NCBI GenBank assembly: GCA_937935155.1
Contig: CALGXY010000105.1
Location: 3,500-67,499, forward strand
Source of the DNA: an uncultured Atopobium sp.
GTDB taxonomy: Bacteria; Actinomycetota; Coriobacteriia; Coriobacteriales; Atopobiaceae
DNA length: 64,000 bases
Direction: 5' to 3'
The position numbers and the translations under genes are program-made. Positions 39,538 through 48,502 of this stretch are shown here, piece after piece. The notes under the pieces were generated by a model. It searched no databases. It saw nothing but the letters and a program-made list of their open reading frames with translations, and was not told where the DNA came from. The stretch's first letter is position 1. The number at the start of each line of letters is the position of its first letter.

Positions 39538-40389
39538 CTACAGGAGCTGTTCTATGACGGCTCCTATTCTGTCTCTGATCACCAGATTGGCGCGACCATC
39601 GTACGGCGTAGGTTGGTCGTTGATAATGACCATTTTGTTGCCCTCGTAGTAGTCGAGAAGACCGGCGGCAGGCTGCACTACCAGCGAACTTCCTGCAACC
39701 ACAAGAACCTCCGCTTGTGAGATAGCATTCAGCGCTCCGTAGACCGTGTCCATATCAAGACCCTCTCCGTAAAAGACGATATCAGGCCTAATAACTGCGC
39801 CGCATTGACAGAGCGGCACCACAGACGACTGCTCTTCAATCTGATCAAGCGTGTAGGTGTGACCGCACTCGGGACAGTAAAAACGCGTCTCGTTGCCGTG
39901 AAGCTCAAACACACGCTTGCTACCAGCAGCTTGATGCAGTCCGTCGATGTTTTGCGTCACCACCGCGCGCAACTTTCCCGCAGCTTCCAAGTCTGCCAGC
40001 CACTTGTGAGCAATGTTTGGCTGAGCCTCCCCCAAATGATGAGAGTTTCTAAAATACGTGTAATACGCTGCAGGGTAATCAAAAAACACATCAAGCGAGA
40101 AGATCTCTTCAAGCGTAAAGTCTGGCGCCTTGCTGTAGGCAAAAGACTCCTCGTTATCGGGGTCAACCGTTACACCATTTCCCAGGTCATAGGCTTCTTT
40201 TCCCATGTCGTAGCCGTCTTGACCCAGGCCAATAGTCATGTTTTCTACCTTGATGCCGCCCTGACGATACAGACCGTTAGTACCCCTAAAATCTGGGATA
40301 CCACTTTCTGTTGATACGCCTGCACCACCAAAGAAGACAATGTTATCTGATGACTGAATCCAGTCTTTAAGCTGCTCAATCTTGGTCAT
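39538..40389 (-). CDS. cobB: NAD-dependent protein deacylase (Sir2) with ~40 aa insertion
   Basis: GAGVSTESGIPDFR, TQNIDGLH, LHG, CPEC..CQC, GSSLVV. Confidence 0.93.
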   Translation of the reverse strand: MTKIEQLKDWIQSSDNIVFFGGAGVSTESGIPDFRGTNGLYRQGGIKVENMTIGLGQDGYDMGKEAYDLGNGVTVDPDNEESFAYSKAPDFTLEEIFSLDVFFDYPAAYYTYFRNSHHLGEAQPNIAHKWLADLEAAGKLRAVVTQNIDGLHQAAGSKRVFELHGNETRFYCPECGHTYTLDQIEEQSSVVPLCQCGAVIRPDIVFYGEGLDMDTVYGALNAISQAEVLVVAGSSLVVQPAAGLLDYYEGNKMVIINDQPTPYDGRANLVIRDRIGAVIEQLL

Positions 40390-40404
40390 TAGGCACCTCT
40401 AACC

Positions 40405-40435
40405 TAAAAAAGGGACCCGGATAAACTGGGTCCCT
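40405..40435 (-). terminator. Intrinsic terminator downstream of COG0523 gene
   Basis: AGGGACCC...GGGTCCCT stem with T-run on the minus strand. Confidence 0.75.
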
Positions 40436-40470
40436 CGTCTCAAGCGCCGGAGCTCTTGGCGCTGAAAACG

Positions 40471-41616
40471 CTAGTAATCAAACTCGTCAGGAACATACTC
40501 GGTCAAGCATGCATCCAGACCGGCTTCAATTTCTTCATGGTTCATATGACGGCCAATGAAGCACAGTTTTGTTTGACGATCGCCCAGTTCATCATCCCAT
40601 TCTGCGCGTAGCTCGGGTTTCTCGTCAAGAAGGGTTTCTCGCTCATCCTCTGGCAGCGATGCGTAGAACATGCCATTCTCGTAGAACTGGACCTGCTTGC
40701 CGGCCTGCTCAAATACGTAGCTCATCTCGGGGTCTTGTGAAATCCAAATGCTACCCTTGACGCGGATGATATTCTTTGGCCAGCTAGCCACAAACTGGTT
40801 AAGTTTATCCAGGTCAAATGGCTGACGGCGGCGATACACAAAGGTAGTAATCTCGTACTCCAAAACCTCTGGGTCCTCGTGCTCCTCAGGGTGCTCCATT
40901 GCATCCATCCAGGCAGCGGAGGCGTAGGCTTTGTCAAAGTCAAATCGGCCCGTATTGATAAGCTCGCTCATTGGAATGTTGCCGTTGACCGCCTCAACAA
41001 TAACGGCGTCTTTCTGCAGGCCGCGAACAAGCGCCTTGAGCTCGTGAAGCTGCTCTGGAGTAACCAGATCGGTCTTGTTGAGCACCAGCGTAGAGCAGAA
41101 CTCAATCTGCTGAATAAGCAGGTTCTCGATGTCGTCCTCTTCAATATCTGGGTCGAGAAGATCGGCGCCGTTGTGGAACTCCTCAAACATGCGAGCACAG
41201 TCAACAACTGCGACGATGTTATCAAGGTTGAGGTGAGAGTGATTAGTTGCATGCTGGCTCTGATTGCAGAATGCAGAAATGTTATAGGTAATGGGGATTG
41301 GCTCGCAGATGCCCGAAGCCTCAATAATGATGTAGTCAAACTCCTCGGTATCGGCCAAATCACCCAACTGAAGTGCCAAGTCATTAGAAAGGGTGCAGCA
41401 GAGGCAACCGTTAGTTAGAGGAATAACGTCGCCTTCTTTAGCGTAGCCGCCGTCTTTAATAAGACCAGCATCAACGTTAATCTCGCCAATATCATTGACG
41501 ATAACTGCTGCGTGAATACCTTCAGTGTTAGAGAGAATGTGGTTCAAAATAGTGGTCTTACCTGCGCCTAAATAGCCGGTAAGCAGCACAATTTTCACCT
41601 GCTTTGGTTCAGACAT
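40471..41616 (-). CDS. CobW/COG0523 family metallochaperone GTPase
   Basis: TGYLGAGKTT, GCLCC (CxCC), IEASG, LNKTD, CobW_C domain. Confidence 0.94.
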   Translation of the reverse strand: MSEPKQVKIVLLTGYLGAGKTTILNHILSNTEGIHAAVIVNDIGEINVDAGLIKDGGYAKEGDVIPLTNGCLCCTLSNDLALQLGDLADTEEFDYIIIEASGICEPIPITYNISAFCNQSQHATNHSHLNLDNIVAVVDCARMFEEFHNGADLLDPDIEEDDIENLLIQQIEFCSTLVLNKTDLVTPEQLHELKALVRGLQKDAVIVEAVNGNIPMSELINTGRFDFDKAYASAAWMDAMEHPEEHEDPEVLEYEITTFVYRRRQPFDLDKLNQFVASWPKNIIRVKGSIWISQDPEMSYVFEQAGKQVQFYENGMFYASLPEDERETLLDEKPELRAEWDDELGDRQTKLCFIGRHMNHEEIEAGLDACLTEYVPDEFDY

Positions 41617-41677
41617 AGTGAGCTCCTATCAAATGTCAAACTTTTATATCAAAGAATAAACTTCTTGACTGTAAAAG

Positions 41678-41709
41678 TGGGCCCTGACGCTTAAGTGAGT
41701 CAGGGCCCA
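41678..41709 (-). terminator. Hairpin/terminator downstream of amidohydrolase
   Basis: TGGGCCCTGAC...GTCAGGGCCCA stem. Confidence 0.7.
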
Positions 41710-41741
41710 ACCTTCGCGTTACAAATTATCGAGCTGGAAGC

Positions 41742-42998
41742 TTAGAAGCTACCGCGATCAATAATCTTGCCTTCCTTCATGATGACGTCCATGTTCTCAG
41801 GCGTGAGGTCGCGAATGTTGTTAGCAACGTCGCCCTTGACTACAAGGATATCAGCGGAGAGGCCTTCCTTGACAGCACCAAACTCGTTCTCCTTGCCAAG
41901 CATCTTTGCGCCGTTGTAAGTAGCAGCTGCAACAGTATCAAGGATGGAGATGCCAACCTTCTCGACAAAGTCATACATCTCATCGATGGTGACGTAACCG
42001 TAAGGAGTGACAAAGCTGAAGGAGTCGGAGCCGATGGTAATGGTGATACCCATGTCATAAGCCTTACGCAGGTTAGCGTAGGTGCGTGCAAGGCCCTTCT
42101 CGACAACAGTCTCGCCTGGGAATGCGTCAAGCTCTGGAGTCCAGTCTGGTGGATAAGTTCCGTACCAAGTTGGCAGGAAGCCGATGGTTGGGGTGAAGTA
42201 TGTTCCCTGCTCAGCCATAAGCTTCATGGTGCGCTCGTCAAGCTCAAAGCCATGAATGAGCTGCTTGCAGCCAAAGCGGACGCAGTCGTATGCAGCGTCA
42301 AAGTTGTTGTAGGAGTGAGCATACAGAGGAATGCCTACCAGTGCGCACTCGTCAGCAATTGCCTTGATTTCCTCGGTGCAGAAGAGCTGCAGACGGTCGG
42401 AGTCCCAGCGCCAAATGCCGCCACCAGTTGCCCAGATCTTGATGCCGTCAGGCTCTTCACGAAGACGACGGCGGATTGCCTTACGAAGCTCCCATGGACC
42501 GTCTACCTGGTCGCCCCAAGGGTGTCCGTCCTTGGAAATCTGCAGTGGCAGGTGGTGAGAGTCACCATGACCAGCAACGCGGCAAAGGCCAAGGCCGGTA
42601 GCAAAGATACGAGGACCCTGCATAATGCCCATGTTAACGAGGTCGCGGATAGCAATACCATTGCGGCCAATCTCAACGACAGTGGTAAGGCCGTGGGTAA
42701 GAGCGTCATAAGCCTGCTTGACTGCGCATGCCTGCTTCTGAGCAACGGACTCGATAACCCAGTCGTTATCGTTGTCGGTCAGGTTGCCGGAGAAGTGCAG
42801 GTGTGTATCAACAAGACCAGGCATTACGGTATGGCCAGATGCGTCACGTACCTCATATCCCTCTGGGACCTCTTTACGAGGACCAGCATAGGTAATCTTG
42901 TCGTCATCGATAAGGACAAGGGAGTCCTCAACTGGTGCAGCGCCAGTACCGTCAACGAGCTTGCCGCCTACAAAAGCATACTTACTCATGTTTCCCAT
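41742..42998 (-). CDS. Metal-dependent amidohydrolase (Xaa-Pro dipeptidase-like subfamily)
   Basis: MPGLVDTHLH, IKIWATGG, AHS, LIHG, IGSD. Confidence 0.9.
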   Translation of the reverse strand: MGNMSKYAFVGGKLVDGTGAAPVEDSLVLIDDDKITYAGPRKEVPEGYEVRDASGHTVMPGLVDTHLHFSGNLTDNDNDWVIESVAQKQACAVKQAYDALTHGLTTVVEIGRNGIAIRDLVNMGIMQGPRIFATGLGLCRVAGHGDSHHLPLQISKDGHPWGDQVDGPWELRKAIRRRLREEPDGIKIWATGGGIWRWDSDRLQLFCTEEIKAIADECALVGIPLYAHSYNNFDAAYDCVRFGCKQLIHGFELDERTMKLMAEQGTYFTPTIGFLPTWYGTYPPDWTPELDAFPGETVVEKGLARTYANLRKAYDMGITITIGSDSFSFVTPYGYVTIDEMYDFVEKVGISILDTVAAATYNGAKMLGKENEFGAVKEGLSADILVVKGDVANNIRDLTPENMDVIMKEGKIIDRGSF

Positions 42999-43270
42999 CC
43001 TTCCTTTGTTGTCCGCTCACTTCTTTTAAACGGACGAGGTTTACTTGCATAGTAAGCCCGGGTTAACTCCTTTGGAATAAGTTAGCCATGGTTGCCGGTA
43101 AGCGGAGCAAAAATACCCATGAACGGATGTTCAGATATCAATAATTTCATATAAACATCTAAAGTATTTGATTACTTCATATTTGCTATGACTACATTGC
43201 ATAGTTGTGTCAAAACAGTTTTTGTCCGGTATCCGTGGTAAGGTTGAGAAAAACAAATTAAGGAGGGGCA

Positions 43271-43888
43271 ATGTCTCAGAATTCTTCGTCGCAGTCCAGC
43301 TTTTTTGCACTTATTTCTCGCATGCGCTACATTGAGCGCTGGTCGCTTATGCGCAATTCTCGCTCAGAAAGCCTTGCTGAACACGCCCTTGACGTGGCCG
43401 TTATTTCTCACTGCCTAGCAACTATTGCAAATGTGCGCTATCACAGAAATCTTGACGCAGATCGTGCAGCTCTTATTGGTATATATCACGATGCATCAGA
43501 GATTATCACCGGAGACATGCCCACGCCTGTAAAGTATGCTAATTCAGAGATTAGAGATGCGTATCATCAGGTAGAAGCACGTGCCGAGAAAACCATTCTC
43601 TCCACACTGCCAGAAGACCTGCAAGATGCCTATGCTCAGGTGCTTACTCACAGCGCTGAGGCTTCAGAGAGTGAAGCTTATCTTAGAAAGCTCATTAAAG
43701 CTGCAGATAAGATTGCAGCACTTATTAAGTGTATTGAGGAGGCTCAGTCTGGAAACTCAGAATTTATTACCGCTGAAGCCTCAACTCGTGGAGTTGTTGA
43801 AGATTTAGCAGATTCTCTTCCAGAAGTGCGCGATTTTATGACAGAATTCCTACCTTCGTACGGAGAAACGCTTGATCAGCTTCTGTAA
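43271..43888 (+). CDS. yfbR: 5'-deoxynucleotidase, HD family
   Basis: RMRYIERWSLMRN, ESLAEH, HDASEIITGDMPTPVKY, KAADK. Confidence 0.93.
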   Translation: MSQNSSSQSSFFALISRMRYIERWSLMRNSRSESLAEHALDVAVISHCLATIANVRYHRNLDADRAALIGIYHDASEIITGDMPTPVKYANSEIRDAYHQVEARAEKTILSTLPEDLQDAYAQVLTHSAEASESEAYLRKLIKAADKIAALIKCIEEAQSGNSEFITAEASTRGVVEDLADSLPEVRDFMTEFLPSYGETLDQLL

Positions 43889-43925
43889 AGAAACGCTGAT
43901 TTTGTCTGCTTGTTAAGGAGTTGCT

Positions 43926-44753
43926 TTGCGCGCACTACATGCACGTTTGCCTAAAAACTTTGTTCTGGAAGAGCGCTTAGAGGCGTATTCCAGCGTTATT
44001 GAGCCTCATCCAGAGGCTTTGAGAGGTACGTGGGCTTCTGCGTGTGCGCCAATTACTGCTGAGGGGCATGTTCCCTTCTCTGAGGTCCGTGTAGACCTTG
44101 GCTGCGGCAAGGGATCTTTTACTGCCGCTCAAGCTAAGGCAAATCCTAACGTGCTTTTTGTAGCCATTGATACAGAACCTATCTGTATTTCATATGCTGC
44201 TAAAACAATGTATGAAGCAGGAGTGCCTAACGCCATCGTAGTTCCTGGTACCGGAATGAAGATTGATGAGTATTTTTCGCCAGAAGAAGTCTCTGTTATT
44301 TACCTCAACTTCCCTGCACCATTTCCTCGAATCAGGCAGGCAAAGATGCGCCTCACTGATGCTGAGCGTCTTATGCAATATAGAAATGTTTTGGCTAAAG
44401 AGGGTGTTGTTCGTCTTAAAACGGACAGTCAGCCACTTTTTGATTTTTCTCTTGAGCAAGTTGAAGTTGCTGGATACAACTTTATTTGGAAAACGCGAGA
44501 TGCAAAGAACGATTTTCCTCACGATGTTCCTAGTGAGTACGAACAAAAACTTGGCGCCCAAGGCGCTAAGGTTCATGCCTACCTGATTGCTCCGGGTCCT
44601 GTACCAGCAGATTTCACACCCACAGAGCCTGTCAGTCTTGTTGACTACCTTCCAGAAGATTTAGAGTCACTAACCTACGTTCCTCATGGAATGGAAAGCA
44701 CGGTCCGCAATCTTGCAAACCGTGCTCGTAGACTTCGTAAGAAGGCTCAGTAA
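43926..44753 (+). CDS. trmB: tRNA (guanine-N7)-methyltransferase
   Basis: DLGCGKG, LNFPAP, LKTD, SEYEQK; TTG start after AAGGAG. Confidence 0.88.
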   Translation: MRALHARLPKNFVLEERLEAYSSVIEPHPEALRGTWASACAPITAEGHVPFSEVRVDLGCGKGSFTAAQAKANPNVLFVAIDTEPICISYAAKTMYEAGVPNAIVVPGTGMKIDEYFSPEEVSVIYLNFPAPFPRIRQAKMRLTDAERLMQYRNVLAKEGVVRLKTDSQPLFDFSLEQVEVAGYNFIWKTRDAKNDFPHDVPSEYEQKLGAQGAKVHAYLIAPGPVPADFTPTEPVSLVDYLPEDLESLTYVPHGMESTVRNLANRARRLRKKAQ

Positions 44754-44804
44754 TTTGTAATTGGCTATGTGTAGAAACAGCCGTTTGTGAAAACAACCTT
44801 TGTA

Positions 44805-44833
44805 GGAGCGCTCCTTTGTGAGCGCTCTTTTTT
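44805..44833 (+). terminator. Intrinsic terminator
   Basis: GAGCGCTC-loop-GAGCGCTC followed by TTTTTT. Confidence 0.75.
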
Positions 44834-44854
44834 AAGCCAGCAGCCCTGACTCTT

Positions 44855-46750
44855 TTACTTAATCGACTTTATATTCAAAGCTCTAGTGGAATTAAGAACC
44901 GCAAGCACCATAACGCCTATGTCTCCAAAGACCGCTAGCCACATGGGAGCCAAACCAAAGGCTGCAAGGATCAAAACAGCAACCTTAACTCCAATAGCAA
45001 ACACAATATTTTGCTTTGCAATACCCAAGGTATGACGAGCAATCTTTACGGCCTTTGAGAGCTTAGAAAGCTTGTCGTCCATAAGAACTACGTCGGCGGC
45101 CTCAATAGCAGCATCAGACCCCAAAACGCCCATAGCAACGCCTACATCAGCGCGTGCAAGAACGGGTGCATCATTGATGCCGTCACCGACAAAAGCAAGG
45201 GACTTACCAGCTGTCTTTTGGGCGAGAAGGCCTTCAACGGCAGAAACCTTATCCTGTGGAAGCAGTTCAGCACGAACCTCAGTAATGCCCATCTGAGCAG
45301 CAATCTCTTCTGCAACGTCGCGTTTATCGCCCGTGAGCATAACAACCTTAGAAACGCCAACGTCTTTGAGGGAAGCGATTGCTGCTGGAGCATCAGCTCG
45401 TTCGCGGTCAGAAATAACAATGTGGCCCATGTAGGTCCCATCAACAGCCACGTGAATGATGGTTCCGTGGTTCTCGCACGCTTTCCAAGAAGCTCCTACG
45501 CTCTCCATAAGTGCGCTGTTGCCAACAGCAACGCTCTTACCATTCACGTTAGCGCAAATGCCCTGACCAGCAATTTCTTTGATGTCCGTGATAACACAGT
45601 CATCGTCCTCGCTTGGATAAGCAGCACGAAGAGCTGCAGCAATGGGATGCGTGGAGTGCATCTCAACGTGAGAAGCTAGGTGCAGAAGGTCCTTCTCGCC
45701 AATGGCCTGAGGATGAACAGCAAGGACCTCAAAAACACCCTCAGTCAGCGTACCGGTCTTGTCAAAGGCAACGGTATCAAGGGTAGAAAGCATATCAATG
45801 TACGCAGAGCCCTTGATTAGGATGCCCTCCTTCGAAGCAGCGCCAATACCGCCAAAGAAGGCCAGTGGCACGGAAACTACCAGCGCACACGGACAAGATG
45901 CAATAAGGAAGGTCAGTGCTCTTACAATCCAGATTGATGCGTTGCCCACAAAGTCTCCCGAGAGCAGTGGTGGCAAAAACGCCAGCGCAATGGCACTGTA
46001 AACAACTGCTGGAGTATACACGCGAGAAAAACGACGAATAAACCTCTCGCTCTTGGACTTGTTTTGGTTTGAGCTCTCTACCAGCTTAATGATGCGGGAA
46101 GCAGTAGAGTCTTCAAAGAGGTGGGTAACGCGAGCACGAACCACGCCAGAAAGGTTTACGCAGCCCGAGATAATATTGTCTCCCACCGTTGCGTCACGAG
46201 GCACGCTCTCACCAGTAAGAGCAACGGTATCAAGACTGGTAGAACCCTCGACGATCTCTGCGTCAACAGGGACACGGTCGCCGGGTTTGACCACAATAAT
46301 CTCTCCTAGCCCAACTTCTTCTGGAGAGATAGTAAGCAGTCGTCCGTCACGTTCAACCGTTGCGCTGTCAGGACGGATATCCATAAGCTTGGCAATAGAT
46401 TTCTTGCTGTTATCGGAAGCAAGGTGTTCAAACACTTCTCCTACCTGGAAGAACAGCATGACAAAGACGGCCTCATCAAACATAGGAGAACCGTTAGGCA
46501 CAAAGCCAATGAGCAAGGCACCAACAGTAGCAATGGTCATGAGCAAGTCTTCGTTAAAGCACTCGCCCTCAGTGATGCTCTCCCATGCCTCTAGAACAAC
46601 ATCGTATCCCGCAACAGCGTAAGGCAACAGGTAAAGCAACAGTGCCTGCCAGAGCTGCAGGTCAAATGCGTGTTCAACCGCGTAAGCAATACCTAGCAAA
46701 ACAGCAGAACAGACAATGCGAGCAATTTTCACCTTTGTCTTTGAGCTCAT
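44855..46750 (-). CDS. cadA: Heavy-metal (Zn/Cd/Co) P1B-type ATPase
   Basis: LTGES, SCPCAL, DKTGTLT, STHP, GDGINDAP; start reset to MSSK after GGAGG. Confidence 0.93.
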   Translation of the reverse strand: MSSKTKVKIARIVCSAVLLGIAYAVEHAFDLQLWQALLLYLLPYAVAGYDVVLEAWESITEGECFNEDLLMTIATVGALLIGFVPNGSPMFDEAVFVMLFFQVGEVFEHLASDNSKKSIAKLMDIRPDSATVERDGRLLTISPEEVGLGEIIVVKPGDRVPVDAEIVEGSTSLDTVALTGESVPRDATVGDNIISGCVNLSGVVRARVTHLFEDSTASRIIKLVESSNQNKSKSERFIRRFSRVYTPAVVYSAIALAFLPPLLSGDFVGNASIWIVRALTFLIASCPCALVVSVPLAFFGGIGAASKEGILIKGSAYIDMLSTLDTVAFDKTGTLTEGVFEVLAVHPQAIGEKDLLHLASHVEMHSTHPIAAALRAAYPSEDDDCVITDIKEIAGQGICANVNGKSVAVGNSALMESVGASWKACENHGTIIHVAVDGTYMGHIVISDRERADAPAAIASLKDVGVSKVVMLTGDKRDVAEEIAAQMGITEVRAELLPQDKVSAVEGLLAQKTAGKSLAFVGDGINDAPVLARADVGVAMGVLGSDAAIEAADVVLMDDKLSKLSKAVKIARHTLGIAKQNIVFAIGVKVAVLILAAFGLAPMWLAVFGDIGVMVLAVLNSTRALNIKSIK

Positions 46751-46796
46751 GGCTCCTCCTTGGGTTGTTGTTATGCCTAGTCTACTCCTTAAATTG

Positions 46797-46818
46797 ATAT
46801 ATGTACATATATTCATAC
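46797..46818. promoter_or_regulatory. Candidate ArsR/SmtB (CzrA/CadC-type) operator
   Basis: ATATATGTACATATATTCATAC resembles the ATATGAA-N-TTCATAT inverted repeat, ~50 bp upstream of the ATPase. Confidence 0.55.
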
Positions 46819-46953
46819 AATAATCTTAAGGAACTTTTCACAAGAAACTCCGCGGGCGAGAAACCCGTGGAGTCCCAGATAAACCTATAAATTTTGGCCG
46901 TAGTTTAAGCCAAACGTTCTTCTCGCCAATTGGTCTTCTCACCGATTGGAAAG

Positions 46954-48357
46954 CTAGTTGATCAGCGATGCAGGAGTTGGGATGAATCCCTCAAAAATGA
47001 CAGGCGCACCTTCAAGCTCGGAGGCAATCATGTCCTCCTCGCTCCTAACGGTCCAGGTAATGAGATGTGCGCCCATGGTATTGCAAGCCAGCTTAACAAA
47101 GGGATTCTTGCGATCTTCAAACTTGTAAGAAATGAAGTCTGGACGACCAACAGAATTACCAAAGAGAGCTGTAGCACCAGCTCGTGTAGCAATGTTCATG
47201 TGCTTGGTCTGGCGGTCAACCAGGAAATTCTCTGAGAGTTGGCCACGAAGCATCTCAGGACGGTTCTGACGCAGCCACTGCAAAACGCGAGGATCAAAGC
47301 TCTCGATGCATGCACGAACGGGACGAAGATCAAGAGCCTGCATGATCTTTTCTGTCAGCTGCTCAGCGTTATTGTTGCGCGTCTTAGCCTCAATAATCAA
47401 AGGTGCAGGTAGCTCACCGGAGCCACTCCATGCATAAACCTCAAGGACTTCCTCAAACGTTGGAATCTGCTCGTCAGTAGCAAGAAGTCTCAAGCCACGG
47501 AGCTCTTCAAGTGTGGACTCCTCAACAATCTTCTGTACGCCACAGAGGCGATCAAGTGCTGAATCGTGAACAACAACCAGCTTGTTGTCTGCCGTCAGGT
47601 GAACATCAACCTCGGAGCCAAAGCCCTTCTCGACAGCTGCGCGGAAAGCAAGCAGGGAGTTCTCTGGAATGCCCGCCTCGTTGTTGTAGAGGCCACGGTG
47701 AGCATAGCGATGACGAGCAATCTCGTGCCAACGCTCCAGGAGCAGGCGATCATTTTGCTTGCGAGGAGCAATGGAATAAGCACCGTATGCAGCCAAACCA
47801 AGAGCAGCACCAGCCACAACACCACCGGCAATTGCCGCATTTCTAAACGACTTACGCTTCTTGGTAGAAGCTAACAGAGCGTCAGAATCCTGTCCATCTT
47901 GAGCGGCAATTCCCTCAACAACATCTGCAACTGCGATATCTGCGGCAGCATCCTGATGCTCAGCCAGGGTCTCCCCCATCTCTTCAAGCGACTCTGCAGT
48001 GCTTGCAAGCTGCTTAGAAAGCTTGTTCTTTGGGCGAGAAAAACGATTCTCTAGATTAGACTGAAGCTGTGCCTGAGCGGCCAAAACTGAAGTCTGAGCC
48101 GAACGAAGCGCAGACTGAGCGCGAGCGACTGATGACTGAATAGCATCGCCGCTTGGCAGTGCTGGCCTGATATGAGCATTAAACCCAGCTGTAAGCTGCT
48201 CTTTTGCGATATTGCCTGCTAAGTTAGCAGCCTTAGAAGCCGTTGTAGCAAGCAGCTTTCTTCCAGCCTCGGATTGAAGTGCTGCCTTTGCGGCATACTG
48301 AGTAATTGCTAAACCTGCAGCTCTAACTGCAGCTCTCTTAATAAAACGACCAATCAT
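46954..48357 (-). CDS. Glycerophosphodiester phosphodiesterase with long Ala-rich N-terminal extension
   Basis: AHRGL, PENS, EVDVH, VVHD, IEAK, ESFDP, WTV. Confidence 0.9.
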   Translation of the reverse strand: MIGRFIKRAAVRAAGLAITQYAAKAALQSEAGRKLLATTASKAANLAGNIAKEQLTAGFNAHIRPALPSGDAIQSSVARAQSALRSAQTSVLAAQAQLQSNLENRFSRPKNKLSKQLASTAESLEEMGETLAEHQDAAADIAVADVVEGIAAQDGQDSDALLASTKKRKSFRNAAIAGGVVAGAALGLAAYGAYSIAPRKQNDRLLLERWHEIARHRYAHRGLYNNEAGIPENSLLAFRAAVEKGFGSEVDVHLTADNKLVVVHDSALDRLCGVQKIVEESTLEELRGLRLLATDEQIPTFEEVLEVYAWSGSGELPAPLIIEAKTRNNNAEQLTEKIMQALDLRPVRACIESFDPRVLQWLRQNRPEMLRGQLSENFLVDRQTKHMNIATRAGATALFGNSVGRPDFISYKFEDRKNPFVKLACNTMGAHLITWTVRSEEDMIASELEGAPVIFEGFIPTPASLIN

Positions 48358-48502
48358 GTAAGCTCCCTTCAATCTAGCTTTATTCTATCAGTCCAGTTCT
48401 CGCTTTTTCGCTACGTATTGCGACTTTCTGTGCGTAATCAGTATCTTTGTCTGTTCAAAATCGAGTAGTATGTAGTCCACTAACTACTATCTCAGGAGCA
48501 TC

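Noticed and set aside
39538..40389. Sir2 as an anti-phage effector
   Set aside because: Typical CobB motifs with Zn ribbon and housekeeping neighbours; no defence-associated partners.
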